Shown piece after piece: positions 48,108 through 59,885 of a stretch of DNA of 64,000 nucleotides. Each line of letters starts with the position of its first letter. The stretch's first letter is position 1. The position numbers and the translations under genes are program-made. Source of the stretch: Pseudogymnoascus verrucosus (Eukaryota); the NCBI GenBank assembly GCA_001662655.1, contig KV460214.1. One strand, written 5' to 3'. Below the pieces are notes generated by a model. The model ran no database searches and had not been told where the DNA came from. It saw only the letters and a program-made list of their open reading frames with translations.

Positions 48108-49435
48108 ATGGCGTTTGAAACATACCTTCGAGAAGCCACTGGTAACGGACCTGACCGCACTCTTCCAGGTGCTGTCGTTGTAGCCGCTGACAGAAATGGC
48201 AAGTTTCTCTTTAATGACTAATTTTTCTACAATATTCTAACCTCCCATTTATAGGAATCACCCACACTTTCGCCTCTGGAACCCAGTCCCTCGATCCCGC
48301 TTCTCCCCTCTTTGAAAAACCATTTGCAATCGACACTACAATGTGGATTGCCTCATGCACAAAACTCCTTACAGCAACTAGTGTCCTACAGTGTGTGGAG
48401 AAGGGGCTCCTGAATCTAGATGCCGACCTCGCAGATGTTCTTACTGAGTTCAACGAAATTCAAATCCTCGCTGGATTCGACGACAATGAAAAACCAGTCT
48501 ATAAAAAGCCGGAAAGCAAAATCACCCTAAGAACCCTTCTTAGCCATAGCAGTGGCTTTGGATACGCAGGACTTGATCCAAGACTCAAGAAAGAAGTCGA
48601 TTACAGAGGCGGTAAAATTGATATAACAGGCGAATTGGTATGTTATCTCATCACCATTAAAAGCAATAACTAATTTATTTCCCAGCTCGAACATATTTTG
48701 GTCCCCCTTCTTTATCAACCCGGTACATCATGGTCTTACGGTGTAGGACTTGACTGGGCCGGCCTTGCAATTGAACGAGTCACGGGACAATCCCTTTCCG
48801 CCTACATGGAAACAAATATAATTAATCCACTCGGCATGACCTCCACATCCTTCAAGCTCCAATCTAGACAAGACATCCTAGCAACTCGATCAGACATGAG
48901 CCTCCGGCTGCCAGATGGGTCTCTCATCCCCAGCCCCACACGCTACTTTCCCGAAAATTCCAAGGATGACTTTGGTGGAGCTGGTCTCTTTTCTTGCGCA
49001 CAGGATTACATCAAAGTTTTAATTGATCTCCTACAGGATGACTCAAAATTGCTCTCCGCGGCAAGTAAGGAAGAGTTATTCAAGCAACAGCTCTCTACCG
49101 AGTCCAAAGCAGCACTGAATTTTGTTCTGTATGGCGATTATGAGGGCAACACAAATGGAGAGGTGGGTATGCTGTTTAGTGGTGGGTTGCCAGCAGGGAC
49201 AGATGTGGGATATTCGGTTGGAGGTTTGCTTGTAGATTGCGCTAATGGCGCGGGTCCGAATCGGAGGAGTAAAGGTGCGCTGTCATGGAGTGGGTTGCCC
49301 AATTTGCATTGGATGGTCGATAGGGAAAGAGGAGTTGCGTTGTTTTATGGGAGCCAGTTGCTTCCTCCAGGGGATATTAAAACAGCGGAGACTTTTGCGA
49401 AGTTTGAAGAGAGTATTTATAAAGGAGAGCTTTAA
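48108..49435 (+). CDS. Beta-lactamase-fold serine esterase/transesterase (LovD/class C-like), 3 exons
   Basis: SxxK motif IASCTK, plus ITLRTLLSHSSGFGY, PGTSWSYG.GLDWAG, GGAGLFS and WSGLPN. Confidence 0.9.
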
Positions 49436-49785
49436 AGGGAGAGAATTCTTTCGGAGCTTCTAGATAAATGCAGATATTCTTTATATTCACAGAAGTATCG
49501 TGAATTGTTTGCGATAGCCTATGACCTATGCTCTACACCATCTTTGTTTTGTCCCTGCGCTATTCAGCCCAAAGGATTTATGCAATACAAAGATACAGGG
49601 TTAACAACTCAAGCTGGCATATGAGTTTTTGTACAAACTCAAACTCACCAGTCGATTTGAATAATTGACTCAACTAACAACCGTAGTATACTGCCTAGGA
49701 CATTGAAACGTCTACTAGTTAAAGCCATTGATTCATCTGTATATGTCTGCCCAAAGTAGGCTATAATCATTTTCTATGCATCTAG

Positions 49786-51579
49786 CTATGCTTTCGTCAA
49801 CTCCAGCCCAACAAGTCCTCCATTCTTCCTCCAATCCTCCAAAAGTTTAATAAAAGCAGAAGACCCCCATCCATAAGAAGAATTTCGCAAAGCCCTGTCC
49901 GTAATCTGGCCTTCCTGATTGTAGTATCCTGGCGTACAATCCTTCACAAAATCTGCCTGCAACTTCCCCCCCTCCATAATGGTCTGGACCCACTTATCCT
50001 CTGCCTCTTGTTCCGCCTCAACACTCATAACCTTCCTTTCTCTACATTCTTTGACCACATAGGCAATGTGCTTGGCTTGCTCACCTAACATATGCGAGAA
50101 ATTAGGTGTCATGCCTGACTGGACAATGCTAACAACGAATAGGTTTGGAAAGCCTCGCGTCCAAAATCCTTGCAACGTGCTTGTTTTCTCACCGTCCTCC
50201 CATTTTTCACTAAGGGTAGTTCCGTTAACTCCCGTAATCTCAATACCAATTCTCTTGCTGTAATCGGTACTGAATTCGAATCCGGTGGCGTAGACGATAG
50301 CATCCAACTTGATTTCTTCACCATTTGCCACAATTCCATTTTCAGTGACACGTTCGATTCCCTTTCCGTTTGTGTCTACGAGGCTAACATTCTCTTGGTT
50401 GAAAACCGGGAGGTACTCATCATGGAAACAGGGCCGCTTGCAGAACTGATTATAATATGCCTTCAGCTTCTCCGCGAGCGCTGGGTTTTTTATGACCTGA
50501 TCCACTCTAGCTCGAACTTGCTCCATCTTTCGAAAATCAGCCATTTGTAGAGAGGAGGAGGATTGATTTGCAGTGGGTTGATCGGCTCCTCCAAGGACTG
50601 AAAGGTTTCTCAGGATGTCGGTCCAACCGTCTTGTACAAGGTCTTCATCTTGATGCCCTCCAGAGACAATGATATTGAAATTGTCCATTCTTTTCTGTTG
50701 CCATCCTTTCGTCAATGAAGATGCCCACGTTGGGTCAGTTGGTTGATCGAGTCGCTTGTCAACCGAAGATGGAGTCCGTTGAAACACATAGAGGTGACCA
50801 GCCCCGCGAGCGAGGTGGGGAATTGATTGGACTGCCGTGGCACCAGTTCCAATGATTCCAACACGCTTATCAGCCAATTTGCTCAACCCTCCTGTTGTGT
50901 TGCCCCCAGTATAATCGTAATCCCATCGACTAGTGTGAAAACTGTGTCCCTTGTACGTCTCAATACCGGGAACACCAGGAAGCTTCGGCTTATGAAGAGG
51001 GCCACTCGCTGTGGCAACGAACTGAGCACGGATAGTGTCGCCACGATTCGTTCTTGCAATCCAATGACGGGCAGTCGCATCCCACTTCAGACCGAGAACT
51101 TCAGTCTGGAACAAGGCTTTATCGTAAAGTCCGAAATGCTTTCCGATGTTGCGAGCATGTTCAAACAACTCTGGTGCTCTGGTGTACTTTTCCGTTGGCA
51201 TATAGTTGAGCTCTTCTAACAATGGCATATAGATATATGATTCAAGGTCACACGCTGCTCCTGGATAACGGTTCCAGTACCAGGTTCCTCCAAAATCTCC
51301 CGCCTTGTCGATGATACGGATGTTGGTGGTTCCAGATTCAAGAAGACGTGCTGCAATGAGTTGTCCGCCAAAGCCGCCTCCAACCACTAGGAACTCGACA
51401 TCTTCGTCGATTGGGGTGCGACTGAACCCGGGCTCAGCGTATGGATCTTCAACATAGTGCTTCAACGAGCTGGTATCGATCCCCTGATACTGTTTAATAC
51501 CATCGTCGCGAATACGTTTGTCTCGTTCCGCGCGATACTTTTCCTTTAACAAAGTTGGGTCAAAAGTGTCTTCTGGCAT
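49786..51579 (-). CDS. Type I Baeyer-Villiger monooxygenase (cyclododecanone MO/PntE-like), intronless
   Basis: GGGFGG, GGTWYWNRYPGAACD, YKGHSFHTSRWD, IIGTGATA, CKRPCFHD and ATGF. Confidence 0.93.
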   Translation of the reverse strand: MPEDTFDPTLLKEKYRAERDKRIRDDGIKQYQGIDTSSLKHYVEDPYAEPGFSRTPIDEDVEFLVVGGGFGGQLIAARLLESGTTNIRIIDKAGDFGGTWYWNRYPGAACDLESYIYMPLLEELNYMPTEKYTRAPELFEHARNIGKHFGLYDKALFQTEVLGLKWDATARHWIARTNRGDTIRAQFVATASGPLHKPKLPGVPGIETYKGHSFHTSRWDYDYTGGNTTGGLSKLADKRVGIIGTGATAVQSIPHLARGAGHLYVFQRTPSSVDKRLDQPTDPTWASSLTKGWQQKRMDNFNIIVSGGHQDEDLVQDGWTDILRNLSVLGGADQPTANQSSSSLQMADFRKMEQVRARVDQVIKNPALAEKLKAYYNQFCKRPCFHDEYLPVFNQENVSLVDTNGKGIERVTENGIVANGEEIKLDAIVYATGFEFSTDYSKRIGIEITGVNGTTLSEKWEDGEKTSTLQGFWTRGFPNLFVVSIVQSGMTPNFSHMLGEQAKHIAYVVKECRERKVMSVEAEQEAEDKWVQTIMEGGKLQADFVKDCTPGYYNQEGQITDRALRNSSYGWGSSAFIKLLEDWRKNGGLVGLELTKA

Positions 51580-51830
51580 TTTGTCGAATATGTCTATGGG
51601 GGTTCAGGAACAAGAGAGTTGATTCTATCGTAAAGGAAGTGTTGGTTATGGGTGCAAATTATCTCCTATTTACACAAATAATATGCCTCGGTATGCTAAT
51701 GATTCAACTCTATGTACCAAGCCACAGTCAAATATCACAAGTTAGAAGTAAAATTGCTTTTACTTTTTTTCTGCGAATCTAGTGTTTGATTCCCCCTCAT
51801 TTTCCGCAACTAGCATTCTTCAATGACTAG

Positions 51831-51916
51831 TGTGGAGAAAGCGGGGTAAGAGGCATTTTATTTTACTCTTTCCCCGTAAATGTAGCCTTTGAATCTCCTG
51901 TGGAGAAAGCGGGGTA
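51831..51916 (+). promoter_or_regulatory. Duplicated TGTGGAGAAAGCGGGGTA, each copy with two CreA/Mig1-type SYGGRG sites
   Basis: Identical 18-mer at 51831 and 51899, about 250-340 bp upstream of the BVMO start. Confidence 0.55.
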
Positions 51917-52354
51917 GATGTATTTTACCCTTTCTCCAAAAATCTAGTGTTCGATTCTCCTCCATCTTTCAACTACCATCCCTTTAACAAGCTGGATATA
52001 CTTTCGATACAGAAATACCGAGGCAAGCTCCATTTATTACCCTGCCCCCTAACTTAAATCTATCAGTTGTAGGTATAGTCGTTTTGCGGAGTTGAATACG
52101 CGAAGCCTTTAGAGTTGGTTTGTTCCGTATCTGGCAAAACAATACCCCAACTATCTTGGCTTAGCTAGCCGTAACTAGCTAAGACATGCAATATCAATAT
52201 GGGAAGAATAATATGCTTCGTTTACTATAGCATCGGATCTTGGGAACGCTTGCGTGGAGTGAACTGTCGCCTTAGCGAATGATATGCCTCGTTTGGTTTG
52301 CTATGACATAGCTGATCGTAAGGACGTTGCCCGAAGCGAGCTGTGGGAGGCATG

Positions 52355-52412
52355 GTTTGGCTGTGCGGGGAAGTCGAGACTCTTGACTCTTGGCTTCCCC
52401 GCACACCCAAAC
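52355..52412. repeat. Inverted repeat with 25-bp arms and 8-nt loop
   Basis: GTTTGGCTGTGCGGGGAAGTCGAGA / TCTTGGCTTCCCCGCACACCCAAAC. Three mismatches, two of them G-T wobbles. Confidence 0.85.
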
Positions 52413-52991
52413 TGTGGGGCCTGCAGGTCGTGCCGTGTCGTAGGTCAACACGGGCCATGACGAGTCGGCCACGACGAGTCGATAGTGGATCTGCACGCTA
52501 TACTATCCTGATGCTAAGCATCCTCAGCTACCAATTTTCATTTTCAATGAAATCGACTTCGAATTGGTCGGTGGTAAACCCCTTTGCTGTAAACGAGGCC
52601 TGCTAAGGACGAATAACTTGATGGCATCCCGCCCTACTGGCAAACTATCGATTACCTCGGCCCCGGGGCATAAATGAGACTTTCTTAATGAGATTCCAGA
52701 GATACGGTAGAGCCCCGCTCTAGGGAGTACTATGAGACGAGAGTGGGGTTTAGCGCTGGCAAAAAGTGGGTACTAGACATGTCAGAATAACGAAGTACTG
52801 GCGATTTCCTACATTTTTATTTCTCAGCTCCTTGTCCCGTCCAAAAGTCTATTGCCTGGTTTGTGCGCCAAAAGCAGTGACGACGAGCTATGAACGATTC
52901 AAGCCAACCACAACTTCAGAACAGACCGAGGGAGAGTTTCAACAAAGGTACTAGGCGACAAACTGTTGGGCGGCACGAGTACACTGACAGA

Positions 52992-53023
52992 TTCCTGGGG
53001 TAAGCTTCCGCTTACCCCAGGAA
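52992..53023. repeat. Perfect 14-bp inverted repeat upstream of the TATA-like box of the MFS gene
   Basis: TTCCTGGGGTAAGC-TTCC-GCTTACCCCAGGAA, with TATATAAA about 45 bp downstream. Confidence 0.85.
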
Positions 53024-53151
53024 ACTAGACAGCAAGGAGGAAAGGAGGCAATGGCTTTGGAAGTAATATATAAAGGTGCGCGGAAATGTCTAAGATCTCT
53101 CAAGGCGATATTTAAGGATTCGAAACTTGAACGTAGACGATATCAGCAAAT

Positions 53152-55536
53152 ATGGCTCTTGAAAATAAAGCAGAGAATGAGCAGGCTGTACTGAGCCCCG
53201 ACCCCGGCCCCGACCCCTAAGACACCATACCCCGACTCTCACATTCACTGACATTATACCAGATGACGATAGAAAACATCACCCCTCAACACCTAGAGTC
53301 TCAATTGACAGCGACACCAGACAATGTCGAGCTCCTTGCGGAAGAACTTGCCGTTGAAGCAACCCACCATGTTGACGCTGTTGGATGGAAGTTTCTTATA
53401 GAGCCCTACACGGTGAAGAATCCCATCATCCTTATCTTGGGTATTACTAATATTGTACAAGTTTGGCTCTCTTGCTGCGATGTCCTTTGGGTTGTTCTGT
53501 GCTGCATGGGGATTTGCTCCTCCGGCATCAGTTCTGATCTGGATTACCGCTGATATCGGTATTGAGTCTCATTTCCCCGTCATAGTCATATTCTGATTGA
53601 TGCAGGATCCAAGTCCCAAACCAACGCCGCTCTGTTCTCTGTCATGCAAACCATTGGGACAACACTGGGTTACATGTTCGTTGGTCGGTTGTCCGAGATA
53701 TATGGTAGACGCTGGGTTATGATAGTTTTTACACTTTTTGGGCTGGTTGGATGTGAGACTACCCCTTACTCCTCTCTGAATCCTGCTTACTTTTTTTTTT
53801 TAGCAATTGTTGCCGGAACATCTCACGACCTGAATACATTTATCGGAGCAAATGTAGGCTTTTACTCCCTTTTAGTAAATGCTGCGCCTAACTGTTTCAG
53901 ATCCTTATGGGCCTTGCAACTGGCGCACAGTGCTGCTATGCGTTTCTAGCTGGAGGTAGGCTCCTTGATATGTTAAAACAAGCTAGAAACTACTAATGCT
54001 AATGTGACTTAGAACTGATGCCTAATAAGCACAAGATGCTTGGTATGGCCATAGTTGTCCTATTTTGTTTACCAGGGACTGCTATGGGCGCATTTTTTGC
54101 ACGATCTCTTGTTGAGTATGCCTCGTGGAGATGGATTTATTACATATATATCATTGCACAGAGTACGTTTACCTGCTCTAATTCTGTAGCTAACCAACTT
54201 GCTGACAATTTTTAGCCATATCTCTTGCTCTTTATATCGTCTGCTACTTCCCCAAGGAAGCTGCCCAAGCTTTCAATAAGCGCGAGCAAACAAAAAAACT
54301 TGACTTCATTGGAATGTTTCTCTTGGTTGCTGGTCTCGTCTTGTTTATCCTCGGCATCATGACCGGTGGATCGCCATATCCTTGGAAGTCTGGTAGGTTT
54401 TGGGGGTTTGACTCCTGATATGTATTGGCTAACCACGCTCCTAATAGCCAAAGTTCTCGGAATGGTGGTATCAGGAGGGGTTTGTCTCATAGCTCTTTGC
54501 GTATGGGAGGTCTACCAAGGAGAGAACGCATTTTTTGCTATTCATCTGTTCAAAGATGTTCGAGGCTTTGGAATGAACTGTATCTGCTCAGCCGTAGGAG
54601 GGATTTCGTACGTCGCTTTAAGCATCATCTGGCCAACTCGCAAGTATTCCTTTCTATTGTAATAGTGTGATCTAACAGGCTGCAGAGGTTGCATATATGT
54701 ACAGCACCGGGGGGTCGTCATGGCAAGCTATCGGTGCTATGTCTTGCACAATTGGTTTCGGTCTTTGGGGAGGAATGGTCTTTCTGGGAGCTTTGTGGGG
54801 TGCGTGTCCCAATCCTAAAATAACTCAAAATGCTAACACAAAACCAGGCCCCATCGGACACCCAAAATGGACCTTGATCATCTCGAATATATGGATGACG
54901 GCATTTATCGGAGCTCTAGCTCATTGTAATCCGGATAATAAGACATTTGCGATTGTCTGCTCATTTCTTGCTGCTCTACCCATCGGGTTTATTGAGCAGC
55001 AGACGGGAGCCATCGCCCAGCTTGTGGTAGGCGACAAGGAAATCGGTACATCTTTCGGAACTATGGGATGTGTAAGGGTTGGAACTGGGGCAATTGGAAC
55101 AGGCATCGTGCTAGCCATCTTGACTGGTGAGCATTTCAAATACATATATGAGAGGCCTGAGACTGATATCTTCAAAGCAAAAATCCCCGTCGAACTTGAA
55201 GCTCATATCGTCCCCGCAGCGCTCAACGCTGGTCTCCCTGCATCTTCGATCGCCGACCTTTTTGCTGCTATTTTTGCATCTTCTGAGACAGCGATGGCCG
55301 CTGTTCCTGGAATTAACGCCGAGATCATCAAGGCTGTCGGTAAAGCTCAGCTAGATGGATACGCAGCTGCCTATCGCTATATTTACTATGCAACCATACC
55401 ATTCGGGGTTCTGGCAACTGCCTCTGCCGTCGCTCTACGCCCAGTTGCCCACTTACTCACTAGCCATGTGCCGAAAATGGTCGAGAACCCACAGGCATAT
55501 CACGGTAACCGAGACTTAGAGAAGACCATGGATTAA
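53152..55536 (+). CDS. MFS transporter, TRI12/DHA2-like 14-TM type, many introns
   Basis: GRLSEIYGRRW, ELMPNKHK, ASWRWIYY, LDFIG..L, GG..YPW.S and AYRYIYYATIPFG. Confidence 0.85.
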
Positions 55537-56061
55537 GTGTGGGGAGGACTTATAAAAGTGGTGGGAAATGGTCAAAGGGCATTAAAGGTTGCAATTATAG
55601 ATCTAGTATCCCATAGTAATAAAGAATGCCCTAAGGGACTGTCAAGCTAAGAATAGTCGTGCCGCAAAAGGGATGTCATATAGCCAGACAATTGATGCCG
55701 CAGTAACTGGAAACTGAGGGCAACGTTATCCACTGTAGTTGAATGTTGACAAACGACATCACCCACTCACTTGCAATGCCTAAAACCCATCGAGAATGGT
55801 AATTCGCGGACATGGTTTGATATGCCGTGTAGAGAGGCTCTTCATGAGCAGCCACTTTAGTATACATTCTGTTCAAGTCGTCAATAGTATGCAGAATCCT
55901 GTTTTTAGAGTCAATAGTTGTAACGGAAGCATGATAGTATATTTTTCACTCACTCAGGGTGAATAAATGCGGGAATCGTTTCTTTCAAAGGGGCTGCATT
56001 TACAGCCACATACAGTGCGAATAAAACGACGCAGCTTGCATTCTCTTATATATTCTCATGC

Positions 56062-58665
56062 CTATAATCCTGACCACACGACTGTCTCTTCTACTTCCAA
56101 ATCTCCCTCAAGGACAATATTCGCGCTGCTCTTACCAATCAGAACTTTATACTTCCCCTTCTCATTGACCCATTTCGCAAGGATTTCGTCATAATAGGCG
56201 GTTGCAAACCTGTCAAGCTGGATGATGACCTCTTGCATTTCGTTCATTTCCAGGAACACCTTTGCAAACCCCTTTAGCTCCTTTTTAGGCCTGCTGATTC
56301 TCGAGGCGTGCTCGTCAGCTCCTATGTACAATTGTATCACTTCTCTCCCGGCACAGCCACCTGTATTCGTGACTTTCAACACTACTCTCGTCTTCTCGAC
56401 ATGCAAGTCTGAGAATTCAAACGTGGTGTACGATAATCCATGTCTGCTAAGGTTAGCAATCGACCAACTTCATCTAAAGGTAGGGAAAGAAGTCGACTCA
56501 CCCGAACGGAAACAACACCTCCCTCTCCACCTTCTCATAATACCGATACCCAACATAAATATCCTCCCCATAAACCACTCTCCCGCCTTCACTCCTAAAA
56601 TTTAGAAACGCAGGATTATCTGCATTTCTCCTCGGAAAACTTAACGGCAGCCGCCCATTCGCATTCACATCCCCAAACAGCACATCCGCTAGCCCATTAC
56701 CAGTCTCGTTCCCTCCATACCACGCATGTACCTGCGTTGTCGTTTTGTCCGCCCATGGCAGCATGTTGATCGGCGTTCCACTCTGCGTGACAACGACGGT
56801 CCTGGGATTTGCTTCCACGACTGCGCTGAGTAGCCGTGAGACGTTGCCTGGTAGATCCATATCTTGGCGATCAAATCCCTCGCTCTCCCAGTCTTTAGAC
56901 AGGCCTACACAAATGATCGTATGTTCGTTCTCGCTCGCGAGCCTAGCCGCTCGCCGGATATGCTCCTCTTCGTTGATTTTGAGGGCTGTTCCAATCCTGC
57001 CCGCCCCTCCCGGAAATGCGACGACACCTGGCTTGAGCACTTTGCTCGTTGGGCTGCTCGCGAATTCTAATCTTACGTGATAAGTCTTACCTTCGACGAG
57101 GTCGACCTCACCGATTTCCTCAGCTGTGCCTTTGCCGAAGAAGGAGGTTCCGGGGCGCTGAGTCTCCGTGTTCTCAATCACCAGCTTGTTATCGATAAAA
57201 AGGTTTCCGGAGCCGTAGACGGTGATGCCAAATTGAAATATCCCAGTTGCTGGGGCGAGGAAGAACCCTTCAACCGTAGCATAGTACAGGGTCTCGAGCT
57301 GTGGATGGCGGTAGTCCATTAACTGGAAGAAGGCCTCACGAATCGAGAGTTGGTCTACCACTTGCCGATTGCATACTGACGGTGGGTCAGCGAAGAAGGA
57401 TATCAATGCTCCAGGCCTTCCATCTGGAGTTGTTAAACCATCGCTCAATATTGGAAGAAGGGCATGGGAATATGCTCCGATCTCGTAGTGTACAGCTGTA
57501 TCTTTTCCAAGCTTATCAATAATGCCTTGATAAGGCGAGATGGTGTAGTATGGCTCTAGTGACGCGCTGCCACCTCCACAAAAGGCGACATTCTTTAGGT
57601 TCGATCCAATCAAGGCAATTTGCTTGATATCTTTGGATAGTGGGAGAACACTAGCATTATTTTTCAGAACGACTACACTATCGCCAGCCAGTTGCCGATT
57701 TAACTTCCTGTCTTCTGGGAAGTCTCGTACAGTCTCTGTTAGAGAAATCTTTGCTTTGCTTGCTCGTTGCACAAATTCCAAAACGTTGCGGACACGGTCG
57801 TTGATGGTTTCGTCAGTAACTTTTCTCGATGATACTGCAAGATTTGCGATTCCAGTACGCCATCTCGATGGTCCAGGCATTTCCAGATCCAGTCCAGCAT
57901 TGAAAGCCTCAGTCGTGGAATACGTCCCAAACCAGTCACTCATCACTAATCCTTTCCAGCGCCATTCATTCCTCAGAATATCTTGGAGAAGCCTCTTATC
58001 CTCCGAAACGTGTGTTCCATTCACTTTGTTATATGCGGTCATAACTGCACCTGGCGCAGAATCCGCGATGGCGATCTGGAAGGGAAGCAGATAAATCTCC
58101 CTCAAGGCTCGCTCGGTGACCTTAGCGTCTACAGCAACTCGCTCATGCTCCTGGTCATTCGCTACATAATGCTTCACAGTCGCAACCACATCCTTGCTCT
58201 GCACACCGTTGATGTAGCTCCCTGCTAATTTGCCGCTGAAATATGGATCCTCGGAGAATGACTCGAAGCCACGGCCACCGAGAGGCGATCGCTGGATGTT
58301 TATTGTGGGGCCGAGCCAGCACGCAGCCCCTTTGGCGAGGCATTCTTCTCCGATGAGCATGCCAGCTTTGCGGAGAAGTTCGAGGTCCCAAGTCGATGCT
58401 AGACCGGTGCCGCATGGAAGACAGGCCGCTGGAACGCCGCCAAAGAATTTGGTGCCTCGTACGCCATTGGGACCATCACTTGTACGGATAGAGGGGATAT
58501 TGAAGCGCTCTAGAGGATGGGTATGCCAGAAATCCTTCCCTGTGTAAATTAGCATCAGCTGTAGCGTAGGTGGTGATTTATTAATGCTGTACCTGCGAGT
58601 AGAGAGATCTTTTCGTTGATCGTCGCCTCTTGAATGACACTCTCGATTTCGAAAGCTGGACTCAT
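56062..58665 (-). CDS. GH3 beta-glucosidase, intracellular type with PA14 and FnIII domains (3 exons)
   Basis: SDGPNGVRG, GGRGFESFSEDP, KHYVAND, nucleophile motif VMSDW, ESEGFDR and EVIQLY. Start MSPAFEIE has no signal peptide. Confidence 0.95.
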
Positions 58666-58960
58666 TGTTATAACGAGTCGTGTTTAATTGAATGTTAGGG
58701 GGCGTCAAACACGAGGGAAATAAGGAATGAAACACAGCTTGCTAAGTTTAGCAAAGAGAATAGAAATTAATGTAAGACCAGAACTAAATCGTTATGACCT
58801 ACAGGTACACTACTATAAGTCTACCATATATAGAGAACACTCATACATGTCTAAGAACCCAAAAGTTTAGCGTCTCTCCTAAAGCAGTACCAAGATATTT
58901 ATCCACATTAACAGACTCCACCGTGACTTCATGTTAGTAAAATGCTGGCAAAGTTACTGT

Positions 58961-59129
58961 CGGGGACTCTTCCCGATAGCCATGGCACCGGTTCTTCCGA
59001 AGTTAGCCCAAATTCCGAATAAAGAGACCCACAATTAGTCAATCATTCGATGGCGGAAATTCAAATATACGATTAAGACCCCGTCGTTATATCGCGGAAT
59101 CACTAACAAAGTTACGGGGACCCTTCCCG
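58961..59129. promoter_or_regulatory. Two CGG-N9-CCG sites upstream of the GH3 gene
   Basis: CGGGGACTCTTCCCG (58961-58975) and CGGGGACCCTTCCCG (59115-59129). A related site lies at 61910-61924. Confidence 0.5.
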
Positions 59130-59885
59130 ATGGCCATGTATTTTGTAACGATCTGTTTGTTCTGTCTAAATATGTAGCTGCCTGAATTTGCGACGAAGTG
59201 GGCCTAAGTTACGTCCCAACATTACAACACCATGTGTTGTAAAATATAGACTAACTTTGACCTGCCAAAGTGTAGGTGCTCCACTTTTGCCTGTTTCCCT
59301 GGTTTAACACCATGACACACAGCCACAGCTTTTTCTGAGGTTGGCCTGAATTATGACAAGGGAAACCCACGATTTGGTCCATCGTTCGATAGTAGAATTT
59401 CAAATACACCATTGTAAGTATGATTAGAACTATTTAGATTACTTCACGTTCACGCCCTTAGTGTAAGCAGTTGTTTGACTGATTTCGGCGCTGTTGATAC
59501 CAGTCTCATGAATTATTGCTTAACAACAACAATACCGTTGGAAACTCAGATTTAGTAAATACTTCGTTGTATATATTAGTAGAAAGCTGTAGCGTTTCGA
59601 AACGGAGCATGAAAGCACCTGCTCAGCGTGCCATTTTCTAGCAACGGAGAGTTACCACTAGTAAGACAAACATGTAGAAAGAGGTAATGTTCTTAGCAAT
59701 ATGAAGATAAATAGGGAGCATTCGATAATAATGTGAGAATATAATAGCTAATATTAGAAAACAAATACTATCTATAAATGCTCACATTGAAGGTCTTCTA
59801 GCTAATTAAACGAGGTTGCAAATATCACACCTTCTGTAACCCTTCCCCTACCCTAAACGCTGTATTTCATTAATACAATACAAAC

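Noticed and set aside
37728..55536. Secondary-metabolite biosynthetic cluster
   Set aside because: No backbone synthase lies in the window, and the gene set fits catabolism or detoxification better.
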